Virus record (IMG/VR): IMGVR_UViG_3300027749_000039
Location: 32,001-96,000 of that record
Source of the DNA: a virus
Strand: one strand, 5' to 3'
DNA: 64,000 nt
Part shown: in pieces, positions 19,982 through 27,759 of the stretch
How the letters are laid out: every line of letters starts with the position of its first letter
Numbering within the stretch: the stretch's first letter is position 1
The notes under the pieces: generated by a model
Seen by the model: the letters and a program-made list of their open reading frames with translations, nothing else
Database searches by the model: none
Told to the model about the DNA's origin: nothing
Translations under genes and position numbers: made by a program

Positions 19982-20441
19982 TATATTTAAAATATTTTGA
20001 AGATACTTCCAATTTCGAATTCAAAAAAACTCAAAAAGATGAAAATACCGAAATAGTTGCCTATTTTAAAGGCAGAGAAAAGGTAAAATCTGGTTCAATA
20101 ATATATCAAACCTTGTTTGATGATAGTGGTTGGTATTGGTTTGATGGATTAATATCCGAAGAGCAATATGTAGATTTATTTGAGGATAAAAATTTTGTTA
20201 TAATTGAGAATATAAAAGTTGATCCAAATTTCCAAAAATCCAAAAATCTGGATTAGGCACTTTTTTAATGAATAAAGCATTGGAATTAATCCAAAAAAAT
20301 GGAATTAAATTAATTGTATTAAATGCTAGTCCATTAGGACAAGATATATCTTTAGATAATTTAGTAGTATTTTACAAAAAATTTGGATTTAAAATATTTA
20401 AAAATCAAGGTAATAATGTTATAATGATTAAAAGATTTTAA
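19978..20441 (+). pseudogene. GNAT acetyltransferase frameshifted by an 8-bp tandem duplication
   Basis: CAAAAATC at 20233-20240 and 20241-20248; removing one copy restores VDPNFQKSGLGTFLM...LNASP...FYKKFGF, 151 aa. Confidence 0.8.
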
Positions 20442-20998
20442 TCTATAGGATCACTAAATCTATCGAGATTTCTTATATTTTGTTTTATATTTGGTGATGT
20501 ATATTCAATTGGTGCAAATTTATAATTAACACGCTTTTCTTTTTGAATTATATCCATAATTTGTTCTCTACATTTTTCTGGAATTGTATCAAATTTATCA
20601 ATAAATTCTTGTATTTTATATGCTTTACTTCCATTATTGAAAATTTCCCTTTCGATTTCTTCTTTTGTTATAAAAAACGGATCATCTGATATTTTTTCAA
20701 AAAAATGCACACTTGACTTATCAGACCAATCCATATTTTTAGATACCAAATCATAACTTAATCTCATTTTATAACCATCTTTAAATAAAAATCTAAATAA
20801 AACTTTATCACCATCTTCGGCTATTTCATCAAAAGTATTTATTTTAGTTGAGCACCACCAAGTTTTATGACCATAAATATGTGAAGCTCTTTGAGTTTTT
20901 GGTATTAGACAAATTAAATTAGAATCTCGGTAGATTATATCTACTTCTTCTTTAATATCGCATTTATTTAGTTCCTCAAATAGTTTTAAATATTTCAT
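20438..20998 (-). CDS. Hypothetical protein, candidate internal virion protein
   Basis: MKYLKLFEE; ASHIYGHKTWWCST motif. Confidence 0.65.
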   Translation of the reverse strand: MKYLKLFEELNKCDIKEEVDIIYRDSNLICLIPKTQRASHIYGHKTWWCSTKINTFDEIAEDGDKVLFRFLFKDGYKMRLSYDLVSKNMDWSDKSSVHFFEKISDDPFFITKEEIEREIFNNGSKAYKIQEFIDKFDTIPEKCREQIMDIIQKEKRVNYKFAPIEYTSPNIKQNIRNLDRFSDPID

Positions 20999-21009
20999 AT
21001 ACTATATAT

Positions 21010-21039
21010 AAAAAAAGCCACCAAATTTGGTGGCTTTTT
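21010..21039. terminator. Intrinsic terminator (palindromic)
   Basis: A-tract-GCCACCA-AATT-TGGTGGC-T5. Confidence 0.8.
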
Positions 21040-21058
21040 GGCTGTTCGCTGTTAAATT

Positions 21059-21946
21059 TTAGATTCTTGTTCCACAAGAAGGACAGAATTTTTCTGTTCC
21101 CTTTAATTTGTTTCCACAATCAGAACAAAAGTTCTTCTTTAATTCCGATGTTTCTACTGGTTTCTTGCTATTTGGAAGTAATTGATAAGAAACTTTACTG
21201 ACACAGTATGCTTCAAAATCCATTTCAATTGCTTCAAATTTTTGTTGTGATTTATCACCTTTTTCTATTCTACCAGTCTCAGTTGTATCAGAAAGTGTTT
21301 TATTCTTAGATTTAGACCTAAGAATATCTGAACTTTTTGATTGCTCCGAAGTATTAGAATAAGATCTAATAGTGTTTGATGTATTTGATATGTTTGATGT
21401 ATAAAAACAATTACTACTTCCTAATGACATATTATTAATACTTACTTGAGAAGTAGTAATTAATGGATTTGTCCCAAATGTTATATTTCCACCATTCGTA
21501 GGTATAATAGTGTTATCAACTGTCCAAGTAATATTTGGATTACTATTTAGATTAACATAAGTATAACTGTTGGCGATAAATTTTGGTGTAGTTCTTTCTT
21601 TAAAGAAAGAAACTTCTACAAATCCATTATTAGCAACGGCATTTAATGCTTCTGTTGAGTTTTCTACGTCATAGGTTTTAAATAAAAATTTCTTTTTATC
21701 ATCTAAAAAGCAATCTAAATAAAATCTTTGTCCTGGTCTTAAAATTAAACCATTTTCTGAAACTTTTTTACCATTGATTTTAATTTCAGCTAATACTGAA
21801 TCTTGAAGTGGATTAAAGAGTTCGATTATAAACTCTTGGTTATTGTCTAAATAGACTTTATTATTAAGATATATTTTTTTACGTCCTCTATCTTTTGAGT
21901 TGACGATCCATGCGGAAGGATTTCCGTTGTTTGATGTGTAATACAT
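21059..21946 (-). CDS. Conserved phage protein with C-terminal zinc ribbon
   Basis: C-terminal FCSDCG...KFCPSCG. Confidence 0.7.
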   Translation of the reverse strand: MYYTSNNGNPSAWIVNSKDRGRKKIYLNNKVYLDNNQEFIIELFNPLQDSVLAEIKINGKKVSENGLILRPGQRFYLDCFLDDKKKFLFKTYDVENSTEALNAVANNGFVEVSFFKERTTPKFIANSYTYVNLNSNPNITWTVDNTIIPTNGGNITFGTNPLITTSQVSINNMSLGSSNCFYTSNISNTSNTIRSYSNTSEQSKSSDILRSKSKNKTLSDTTETGRIEKGDKSQQKFEAIEMDFEAYCVSKVSYQLLPNSKKPVETSELKKNFCSDCGNKLKGTEKFCPSCGTRI

Positions 21947-22076
21947 ACTATTCTTTTTGTTTTATATCCTGTATCTTTATCCTCCTTGTAAAGGACTCAA
22001 AGCAACCTAAAATTACTCGACACAAGTTAAGCGAACAGCTCAATCATATATATCGAAAATATATTCTTCTCTTTTC

Positions 22077-22106
22077 TTGTTTTTTGAAATTTTTTTCGTA
22101 TCTTTG
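22077..22106 (+). promoter_or_regulatory. Bacteroidota-type sigma-A promoter driving the tRNA-containing operon
   Basis: TTG (22077-22079)-N19-TATCTTTG (22099-22106). Confidence 0.75.
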
Positions 22107-22113
22107 TAAAGAA

Positions 22114-22230
22114 ATGAAAAGAAACAAGATTAATAAATATCAATTAGAAAATCTAATGTTCTATATATTAGGATGTTTAATGATTGCAGCATTATTAGCT
22201 TGTATATATACAATAACTTATCAACCATGA
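22114..22230 (+). CDS. Small membrane peptide (38 aa)
   Basis: ATG 7 nt after the -7 element; single hydrophobic helix. Confidence 0.5.
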   Translation: MKRNKINKYQLENLMFYILGCLMIAALLACIYTITYQP

Positions 22231-22406
22231 AAATATCAATTTCAGCAACAACATTAACAATAATACTAGCAATCCTTAAACTAACTGGTGTATTTGCATT
22301 ATCTTGGTTATGGGTGTTTTGTCCAATTTGGATACCAATAGCCTTATTTGCTGTATATTTATTATTAATGGTATTATTTGTTTTTATTGCAATTTTGTTT
22401 TCATAA
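22227..22406 (+). CDS. Small two-TM membrane protein
   Basis: LAILKLTGVFALSWLWVFCPIWIP; ATGA overlap with the previous ORF. Confidence 0.65.
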   Translation: MKISISATTLTIILAILKLTGVFALSWLWVFCPIWIPIALFAVYLLLMVLFVFIAILFS

Positions 22407-22411
22407 ATATT

Positions 22412-22484
22412 GAGGGTATAGCTCAGTTGGAAGAGCATCTGACTCTAAATCAGAGAGTCGTGGGTTCGAGCCCCACTATCCTCT
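22412..22484 (+). tRNA. Amber suppressor tRNA, anticodon CUA (no encoded CCA)
   Basis: Cloverleaf: GAGGGTA/TATCCTC, GCTC/GAGC, TCTGA-CTCTAAA-TCAGA, GTGGG-TTCGAGC-CCCAC; anticodon at 22445-22447. Confidence 0.92.
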
Positions 22485-22491
22485 CTTAAAT

Positions 22492-22573
22492 GCGGTCTGA
22501 GTTTTAAATCTATCCTGGCGGAAGAGCATGGCACTAAACTATGTAACATTGGGTTCGAATCCTACAGATCGCG
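22492..22573 (+). tRNA. Non-canonical tRNA-like gene with CUA anticodon
   Basis: Acceptor GCGGTCT/AGATCGC, CATGG-CACTAAA-CTATG, T-loop TTCGAAT; D region about 10 nt too long, A at position 33, one T-stem mismatch. Confidence 0.7.
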
Positions 22574-22587
22574 CTAAAAATTAAAAT

Positions 22588-22812
22588 ATGATATCAATAA
22601 TATTATTAGCACTTACTATATGGTGTGGTTATAAGCTTGTTACAAGCGAGAATAAATTACTTTATTCAACATTAGTATTACTTATTGATGGCGCTTGGAT
22701 TGCATATAACTTATATACACATAGTTATATATATGCTGCATTTTGGGTAGTATTACTATTGTTTGATACAAGAACATACCAAAGATATAAAAATGAGCAA
22801 GAAGAAGATTAG
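22588..22812 (+). CDS. Small membrane protein
   Basis: Three hydrophobic segments; ends in TAG. Confidence 0.6.
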   Translation: MISIILLALTIWCGYKLVTSENKLLYSTLVLLIDGAWIAYNLYTHSYIYAAFWVVLLLFDTRTYQRYKNEQEED

Positions 22813-23104
22813 AGAAATTTTTAGAAATGATGTCTTAAAAAGAGATAAGAATAAATGCCGCATATGTGGTGATTCTAAATCTAATCTAGATGCTCACCAT
22901 ATTACTGATAGGCATGAAATGCCTAGTGGTGGCTATGTTAAAGAAAATGGTATAACCCTCTGTGATAAAGAGGGTGGATGTCATATGAAAGCAGAACAAT
23001 ATCATATAGGTAATAAAGTTGAAGAAGGATTTATGCCAGATGATTTATATAAATTAATTAATTCAAGCTACGAAATAGCTTATTACGAATCTTTAAATCT
23101 TTAA
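22793..23104 (+). CDS. HNH endonuclease-like protein
   Basis: CRICG...LDAHHI...NGITLC...CH. Confidence 0.75.
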   Translation: MSKKKIREIFRNDVLKRDKNKCRICGDSKSNLDAHHITDRHEMPSGGYVKENGITLCDKEGGCHMKAEQYHIGNKVEEGFMPDDLYKLINSSYEIAYYESLNL

Positions 23105-23105
23105 T

Positions 23106-23273
23106 ATGGAGTATTTAGAAAAAACTAGACAAGAATTTTATAAATTAATACAAAGGCAAAACTTTAAATGGGAATTAATTGATAATATGCTTCTTGAAGA
23201 AGACGAACCAGCTAAACCTCTTAAAATAAGAGAAAAGAAAATTAAGGCAAAAATTGAATTAACAACAAATTAA
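23106..23273 (+). CDS. Hypothetical protein (55 aa)
   Basis: ORF MEYLEKTRQEFYKLIQRQNFKW..., below the track length cutoff. Confidence 0.5.
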   Translation: MEYLEKTRQEFYKLIQRQNFKWELIDNMLLEEDEPAKPLKIREKKIKAKIELTTN

Positions 23274-23306
23274 AAAATAAATATATAAAAATAAAAACAA
23301 TTACTT

Positions 23307-23672
23307 ATGTTGTAGAACAAATTTAACGAAACAAAATTAGTGATAATATCTAGACAAGATATGTCATCAGGCTACCAAGTGGTCCAATCAGCACATGCTA
23401 TTGCGGATTTCGCAAGCGAACATCCCGAAACTTTTGAACAATGGAAAAAAGAATCTAATTCCATTATTTGCCTCTCAATCAAAGATGAGGAAACTTTATT
23501 AAAACTTCACGAAAAATTATCAAAGAAAACAGCAAGTTCATCATTTTATGAACCTGATGTTAATGCTTTTACGGCAATTTGTGTCTATGGCACACCTGAA
23601 ATCCGTAAAAGTCTTTCGCATTTGCCATTAGTTTTAAATAAAAAATCAAAAGATGGCGAAACGTGGTCGTGA
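23307..23672 (+). CDS. PTH2-fold (peptidyl-tRNA hydrolase 2/PTRHD1-like) protein with in-frame TAG at codon 3
   Basis: ATG TTG TAG AAC...AAA TTA GTG in frame; KLVIISRQD...VQSAHA...IICLS...FYEPD...TAI pattern. Confidence 0.75.
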
Positions 23673-23690
23673 TAAGTTAATATATACTTT

Positions 23691-24485
23691 ATGTATATAC
23701 GAAATTGTCCATCTTGTGGAAAAGAATTGACCTACACTACTAATTATAGTAAAAATAGGCAAGAAAAACTAAATAAATCTTGTAGAAGCTGTACTACCAA
23801 AAAGGAATATGTTATAAATCCGGATAAAAATAAAGGAGAAGAAAATGGTAGATTTGGAAAATCATTATTAGAAGTAATGAACAACAAATATGGTGAAAAA
23901 AAAGCAGAAATTAATTATAATAATTGGAAAAATAACAAAAATTCTTTTGGGATTAAAGAAAAAAATCCACAATATGGTATTTCCCCATTTAAGAATAATG
24001 GAATGTCATATAAGGGATGGTATAAAGGAATGTTTTTTAGAAGTAGTTTTGAATTGATGTTTATATTTGAAAATTATGATAAAAAAATAATTTCCGCAGA
24101 AACAAAAGAATATAGAGTTAGTTATAATTATTTAGGTAATGAAACACATTATTATCCGGATTTTTATAGCGAAACAAATAATACCATTTACGAAATAAAA
24201 TCTAAAAAATGGTTATTAGATAGTAAAAATCTTCTAAAAATAGAAGCAGGTAAGGAAGAATTTAAAAAAAGAGGAATTAAATATGAGGTATTATGTGAAT
24301 ATGATATGGATATATTTAAAAAATATAATTCTGATTGGCAGAAAATTATTTATGATTTTCTTTATGAATTAGTCATTTATAATGAAGTTAATTTAACAGA
24401 CTTGTCTTTTAAAAAATTAAAATTAAAATTGTTAAAAACAAAAAGGATTACAAAACTAAAAACAATAGAAAATACTATGAAGTAG
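23691..24485 (+). CDS. Free-standing homing endonuclease (TnsA-like PD-(D/E)xK, NUMOD3-like N-terminus)
   Basis: FRSSFE, YYPDF, YEIK motifs; own TAATATATA promoter; its stop is the TAG at codon 3 of the next gene. Confidence 0.7.
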   Translation: MYIRNCPSCGKELTYTTNYSKNRQEKLNKSCRSCTTKKEYVINPDKNKGEENGRFGKSLLEVMNNKYGEKKAEINYNNWKNNKNSFGIKEKNPQYGISPFKNNGMSYKGWYKGMFFRSSFELMFIFENYDKKIISAETKEYRVSYNYLGNETHYYPDFYSETNNTIYEIKSKKWLLDSKNLLKIEAGKEEFKKRGIKYEVLCEYDMDIFKKYNSDWQKIIYDFLYELVIYNEVNLTDLSFKKLKLKLLKTKRITKLKTIENTMK

Positions 24486-25055
24486 ATAACATTATCAGCA
24501 TTAAGAGAAGCGATGGAAAGTTGCGAACAAACAAAGGGGGTCTCTACCTTACAACATGGTCTATCCGTTAAAAATTATTTATTTGATTTACTAACTCATT
24601 TAAGAAATGAAACGCCATTAAAATATGAATGGTCATTACCAAAATGGGTAATTGAGAACAAAGAATTTTTATTAGATAATTTATCTGATGATAAAACGCT
24701 ATCATTATATACCGAGTATCATGATTGTGGAAAATGGTCATGTCTTGAAGTTGATGATGACGGCAAAAGACACTTTCCAAATCATGCTGAGAAATCCTAT
24801 GATATTTTTAAACAAACATTTAAAAACCAAATAGCAGCTATATTAGTTAAACATGATATGGATATACATACTTTAAAAGCAGATGGTGTTGAAAACTTCT
24901 GTAAAAATCCATTAGCAATAACATTGTTATTAACTGGACTTGCAGAGATACACTCAAATGCTAGTATATTTGGTGGTATTGATAGCACAAGTTTTAAGAT
25001 TAAATTAAAAAGTATAACACAAAGAGGAAAACAAATTTTAAATATTCTAAAATGA
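24477..25055 (+). CDS. HD-domain phosphohydrolase with in-frame TAG at codon 3
   Basis: ATG AAG TAG ATA ACA TTA... in frame with MESCEQT; LQHG, YHDCGK, HAEKS, HDMD motifs. Confidence 0.75.
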
Positions 25056-25354
25056 TAGAAGTAATACAAGATACTACATCAAAATATGGACCATGGTTAG
25101 CCGAATTTGGAACTTATGAATTAGTAGACGACGGTATACTAACCGCAGATGAATCACAAATACTAGATGATTCTTCTGGTGAATATGAAGTATTGAAATG
25201 TAAATTGAAAAACATTGATTTCACAAAACTTCAATATGGTAGCAAATTTTTGAAAGTCAAAAGAAGTAATGGTAATATTGAAACTTGGTCATATGGTGGT
25301 CAAAGTAGAATTATTCCAGAAGAAAATTTTAGTTTTTTTACAAGACCGATATGA
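25052..25354 (+). CDS. Hypothetical protein
   Basis: 100-aa ORF, ATGA overlap. Confidence 0.6.
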   Translation: MIEVIQDTTSKYGPWLAEFGTYELVDDGILTADESQILDDSSGEYEVLKCKLKNIDFTKLQYGSKFLKVKRSNGNIETWSYGGQSRIIPEENFSFFTRPI

Positions 25355-26391
25355 ATATAAAAGAAACATTTTTAAAACTAACTAGTAGAACTTATCCATA
25401 TGGTAATGAGCATCGTTTACGATCCTCATTGCCTAAAGATACTAAACGTGATAAACACGGTAATTTCTACTATAAAATAGGTTCATCAAGAACTATTTTT
25501 GCCTGTCATCTAGACACTGTTTCAAAAAAATATGAAGAAGTTGCTCATGTTTTTGACGGCAACATCATTAGAACAGACGGTAAAACAATACTAGGTGCTG
25601 ATGATAAAGCTGGTATGTGTGTGTTATTATATATGATTGACCAAAAAGTTCCTGGAACATATTTCTTCTTTGTGGGAGAAGAAGTTGGTTGTATTGGCAG
25701 TAAAGCAGCAGCATCAAAAGATAAGGATTTCTTTTTTGAATATGATAAGATAATATCTTTTGATAGGAAAGATACTTGTTCTATTATAACCCACCAAAGT
25801 TGGGAAAGATGCTGTTCAAATGATTTTGCAAAAGCTTTATCAAAAGAATATACCGATTTAGGTTTAGAACTAATACCTGATGATACAGGTGTTGGAACTG
25901 ATTCCGCCCAATTTACCGATATAATTCCTGAATGTACAAATATATCAGTAGGATATTATAAGGAGCATACACATGAAGAGCATCAAGATATAGATTTCTT
26001 GGAAAGACTTTGTATGGCTTCCGCTATTATTGACTGGGAAAGTTTACCGACTGCAAGAGATCCAAAAATAAAAGAATACAAAGAATATGATTATGATAAT
26101 CATTATTCAAAATGGATTAATAAGGAGCGTGAACGTGAAAAAGTATGTAAATGGAATTATGCCGATAATAGAAGAAAAGATAGAGTTGATTTAAGAAAAA
26201 CATACGGCTATAATGAAGATTTACCTATTGATGAAGAACTAAGAAGTAGATTGAATGATGCATCTTTATATGGAACTACGGATAGAAAAGATATATTTTT
26301 CGTATTCAGAGAATCTATGTTAGATAGAGGATTTTCAGCAGCAGAATATGGTATAATCGAGGAACAATATATTGATAACTATTTAGTTTAA
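25351..26391 (+). CDS. M20/M28-family zinc peptidase
   Basis: CHLDTV, LGADDKAG, EEVGCIGS, SFDR, EH motifs. Confidence 0.85.
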   Translation: MNIKETFLKLTSRTYPYGNEHRLRSSLPKDTKRDKHGNFYYKIGSSRTIFACHLDTVSKKYEEVAHVFDGNIIRTDGKTILGADDKAGMCVLLYMIDQKVPGTYFFFVGEEVGCIGSKAAASKDKDFFFEYDKIISFDRKDTCSIITHQSWERCCSNDFAKALSKEYTDLGLELIPDDTGVGTDSAQFTDIIPECTNISVGYYKEHTHEEHQDIDFLERLCMASAIIDWESLPTARDPKIKEYKEYDYDNHYSKWINKEREREKVCKWNYADNRRKDRVDLRKTYGYNEDLPIDEELRSRLNDASLYGTTDRKDIFFVFRESMLDRGFSAAEYGIIEEQYIDNYLV

Positions 26392-26621
26392 ATCTTACTA
26401 ATAATTTGTGATGGTTTGATTAATTCATCAGGTGCATTTTGAATTTTCGACTTTTCATTATTATGAGAAACGAGGAATTTTTTCCCTTGTTTCTCTTTTA
26501 TTTTTACGGGAGTTATCATTTTTTTATACCAATATTCGATATAAACAATATCTCCTTCATCATAAGCAGATTTCTTTTCTAAAAGTGTCTCAAAATTTGA
26601 ATATTTAACTAAATAGTTCAT
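26388..26621 (-). CDS. Hypothetical small SH3-like protein
   Basis: 77-aa ORF, MNYLVKYSNFE N-terminus. Confidence 0.6.
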   Translation of the reverse strand: MNYLVKYSNFETLLEKKSAYDEGDIVYIEYWYKKMITPVKIKEKQGKKFLVSHNNEKSKIQNAPDELIKPSQIISKI

Positions 26622-26632
26622 ACACTATATAT

Positions 26633-26668
26633 AAAAAAAGAACCGATAATTATCGGTTCTTTTTTTTT
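26633..26668. terminator. Intrinsic terminator after phoH
   Basis: A-tract-GAACCGAT-AATT-ATCGGTTC-T-tract. Confidence 0.8.
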
Positions 26669-27467
26669 AATATTTCTTTTTCCAAGGTTGTTCTTGTTGA
26701 ACAACTTTATCGTTTTCTGTTTTCCATTTCTCGTATTTATTTACGATATTAATTAAGAACTTATTTCTTACTATATCTTCCGCCGCAAATGCAAAATTAA
26801 AAATGTCTTCATCTTGATTATAAAGATTTATAAAATCCAAAAATCTTGAATCTGATTTCCTAATATCATATTGAGATATATCACCCATCATAATAGCTTT
26901 TGAATTATTACCAAGCCTTGTTACCCATAACATCAATTGTGTCATTGTTGAGTTTTGCGCTTCATCCATTAACATAATACAATTATCATAAGTAGTCCCT
27001 CTCATATACGCAAGTGGTTCAACTACTATTTCTCCGGTTGCTCTCATCCACTCTAAAGAACCTCTTCCGATTATTTTTTCAAAATTAGAAAAATAAGATT
27101 TCATATAAGGATCAGTTTTTTCCTGAATTGTTCCAGGTAAAAATCCTAAATTTTCACCTGATTCTTGAATTGGTTTAGTTAAAACAATTCTTTCTATTTT
27201 TTGGTCAGCTAAAAGTGCTAATGCTGTGTAGCAGGCTGTGAAGGTTTTTGAGGTACCTGCTGGACCTTGGCATATAGTTAAGGTATTATTTCTAATTCCC
27301 TTATATAATTCTAATTGTCTTGGATTGAGAACTATACCTGATCTTTCTAAATCAGCTCTACTGAATCTACTTTTTTTAGAAGAATTGGCTTCTCTTTGTG
27401 TGAGAAGTTCTTCGGCTTCAATGTAGGCTTCTTTTTTAGATCTTTGTTTAATTTTGGGATTTGCCAT
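26667..27467 (-). CDS. phoH: PhoH family ATPase
   Basis: GPAGTSKT, LGFLPG, PLAYMRG, MDEAQN, GDISQYD. Confidence 0.95.
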   Translation of the reverse strand: MANPKIKQRSKKEAYIEAEELLTQREANSSKKSRFSRADLERSGIVLNPRQLELYKGIRNNTLTICQGPAGTSKTFTACYTALALLADQKIERIVLTKPIQESGENLGFLPGTIQEKTDPYMKSYFSNFEKIIGRGSLEWMRATGEIVVEPLAYMRGTTYDNCIMLMDEAQNSTMTQLMLWVTRLGNNSKAIMMGDISQYDIRKSDSRFLDFINLYNQDEDIFNFAFAAEDIVRNKFLINIVNKYEKWKTENDKVVQQEQPWKKKY

Positions 27468-27542
27468 TAGTTTTTTTTATTTTTATATATTATTTTAACA
27501 TTTGTTTAAGCGTATAACAGATATAAAATAATATATAAAATA

Positions 27543-27758
27543 ATGAAACAAACTGATGATTTAATATACGAGTTAATATTTTCGGAAGGCAAAGAATTTA
27601 ACATTATCGTCTCTGATTATATTACTGATATATATGCTTATGATAAATTTATCAGGCAAATAAAAGCAATTTTGAAAAAATCAAAAGTTTTAATTATAAA
27701 AGAATCTGTTGAAGTCTCAATGGATTATGTTAAATGGAATTTAAAAGTAAAGAAATAA
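27543..27758 (+). CDS. Hypothetical protein
   Basis: 71-aa ORF preceding the large structural gene. Confidence 0.55.
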   Translation: MKQTDDLIYELIFSEGKEFNIIVSDYITDIYAYDKFIRQIKAILKKSKVLIIKESVEVSMDYVKWNLKVKK

Positions 27759-27759
27759 T

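Noticed and set aside
20254-20256. TAG readthrough in the GNAT gene
   Set aside because: Readthrough hits TAA three codons later; the coding frame is restored only by removing the 8-bp duplication
22492-22573. Pyrrolysine or selenocysteine tRNA
   Set aside because: It has a normal TTCGAAT T-loop and a long D region (unlike tRNA-Pyl), no long variable arm or UCA anticodon (unlike tRNA-Sec), and no pyl/sel genes are in the window
22484-22588. tRNA-associated (theta/HDV-like) ribozyme
   Set aside because: Only 7 nt lie between the tRNAs and 14 nt after the second, leaving no room
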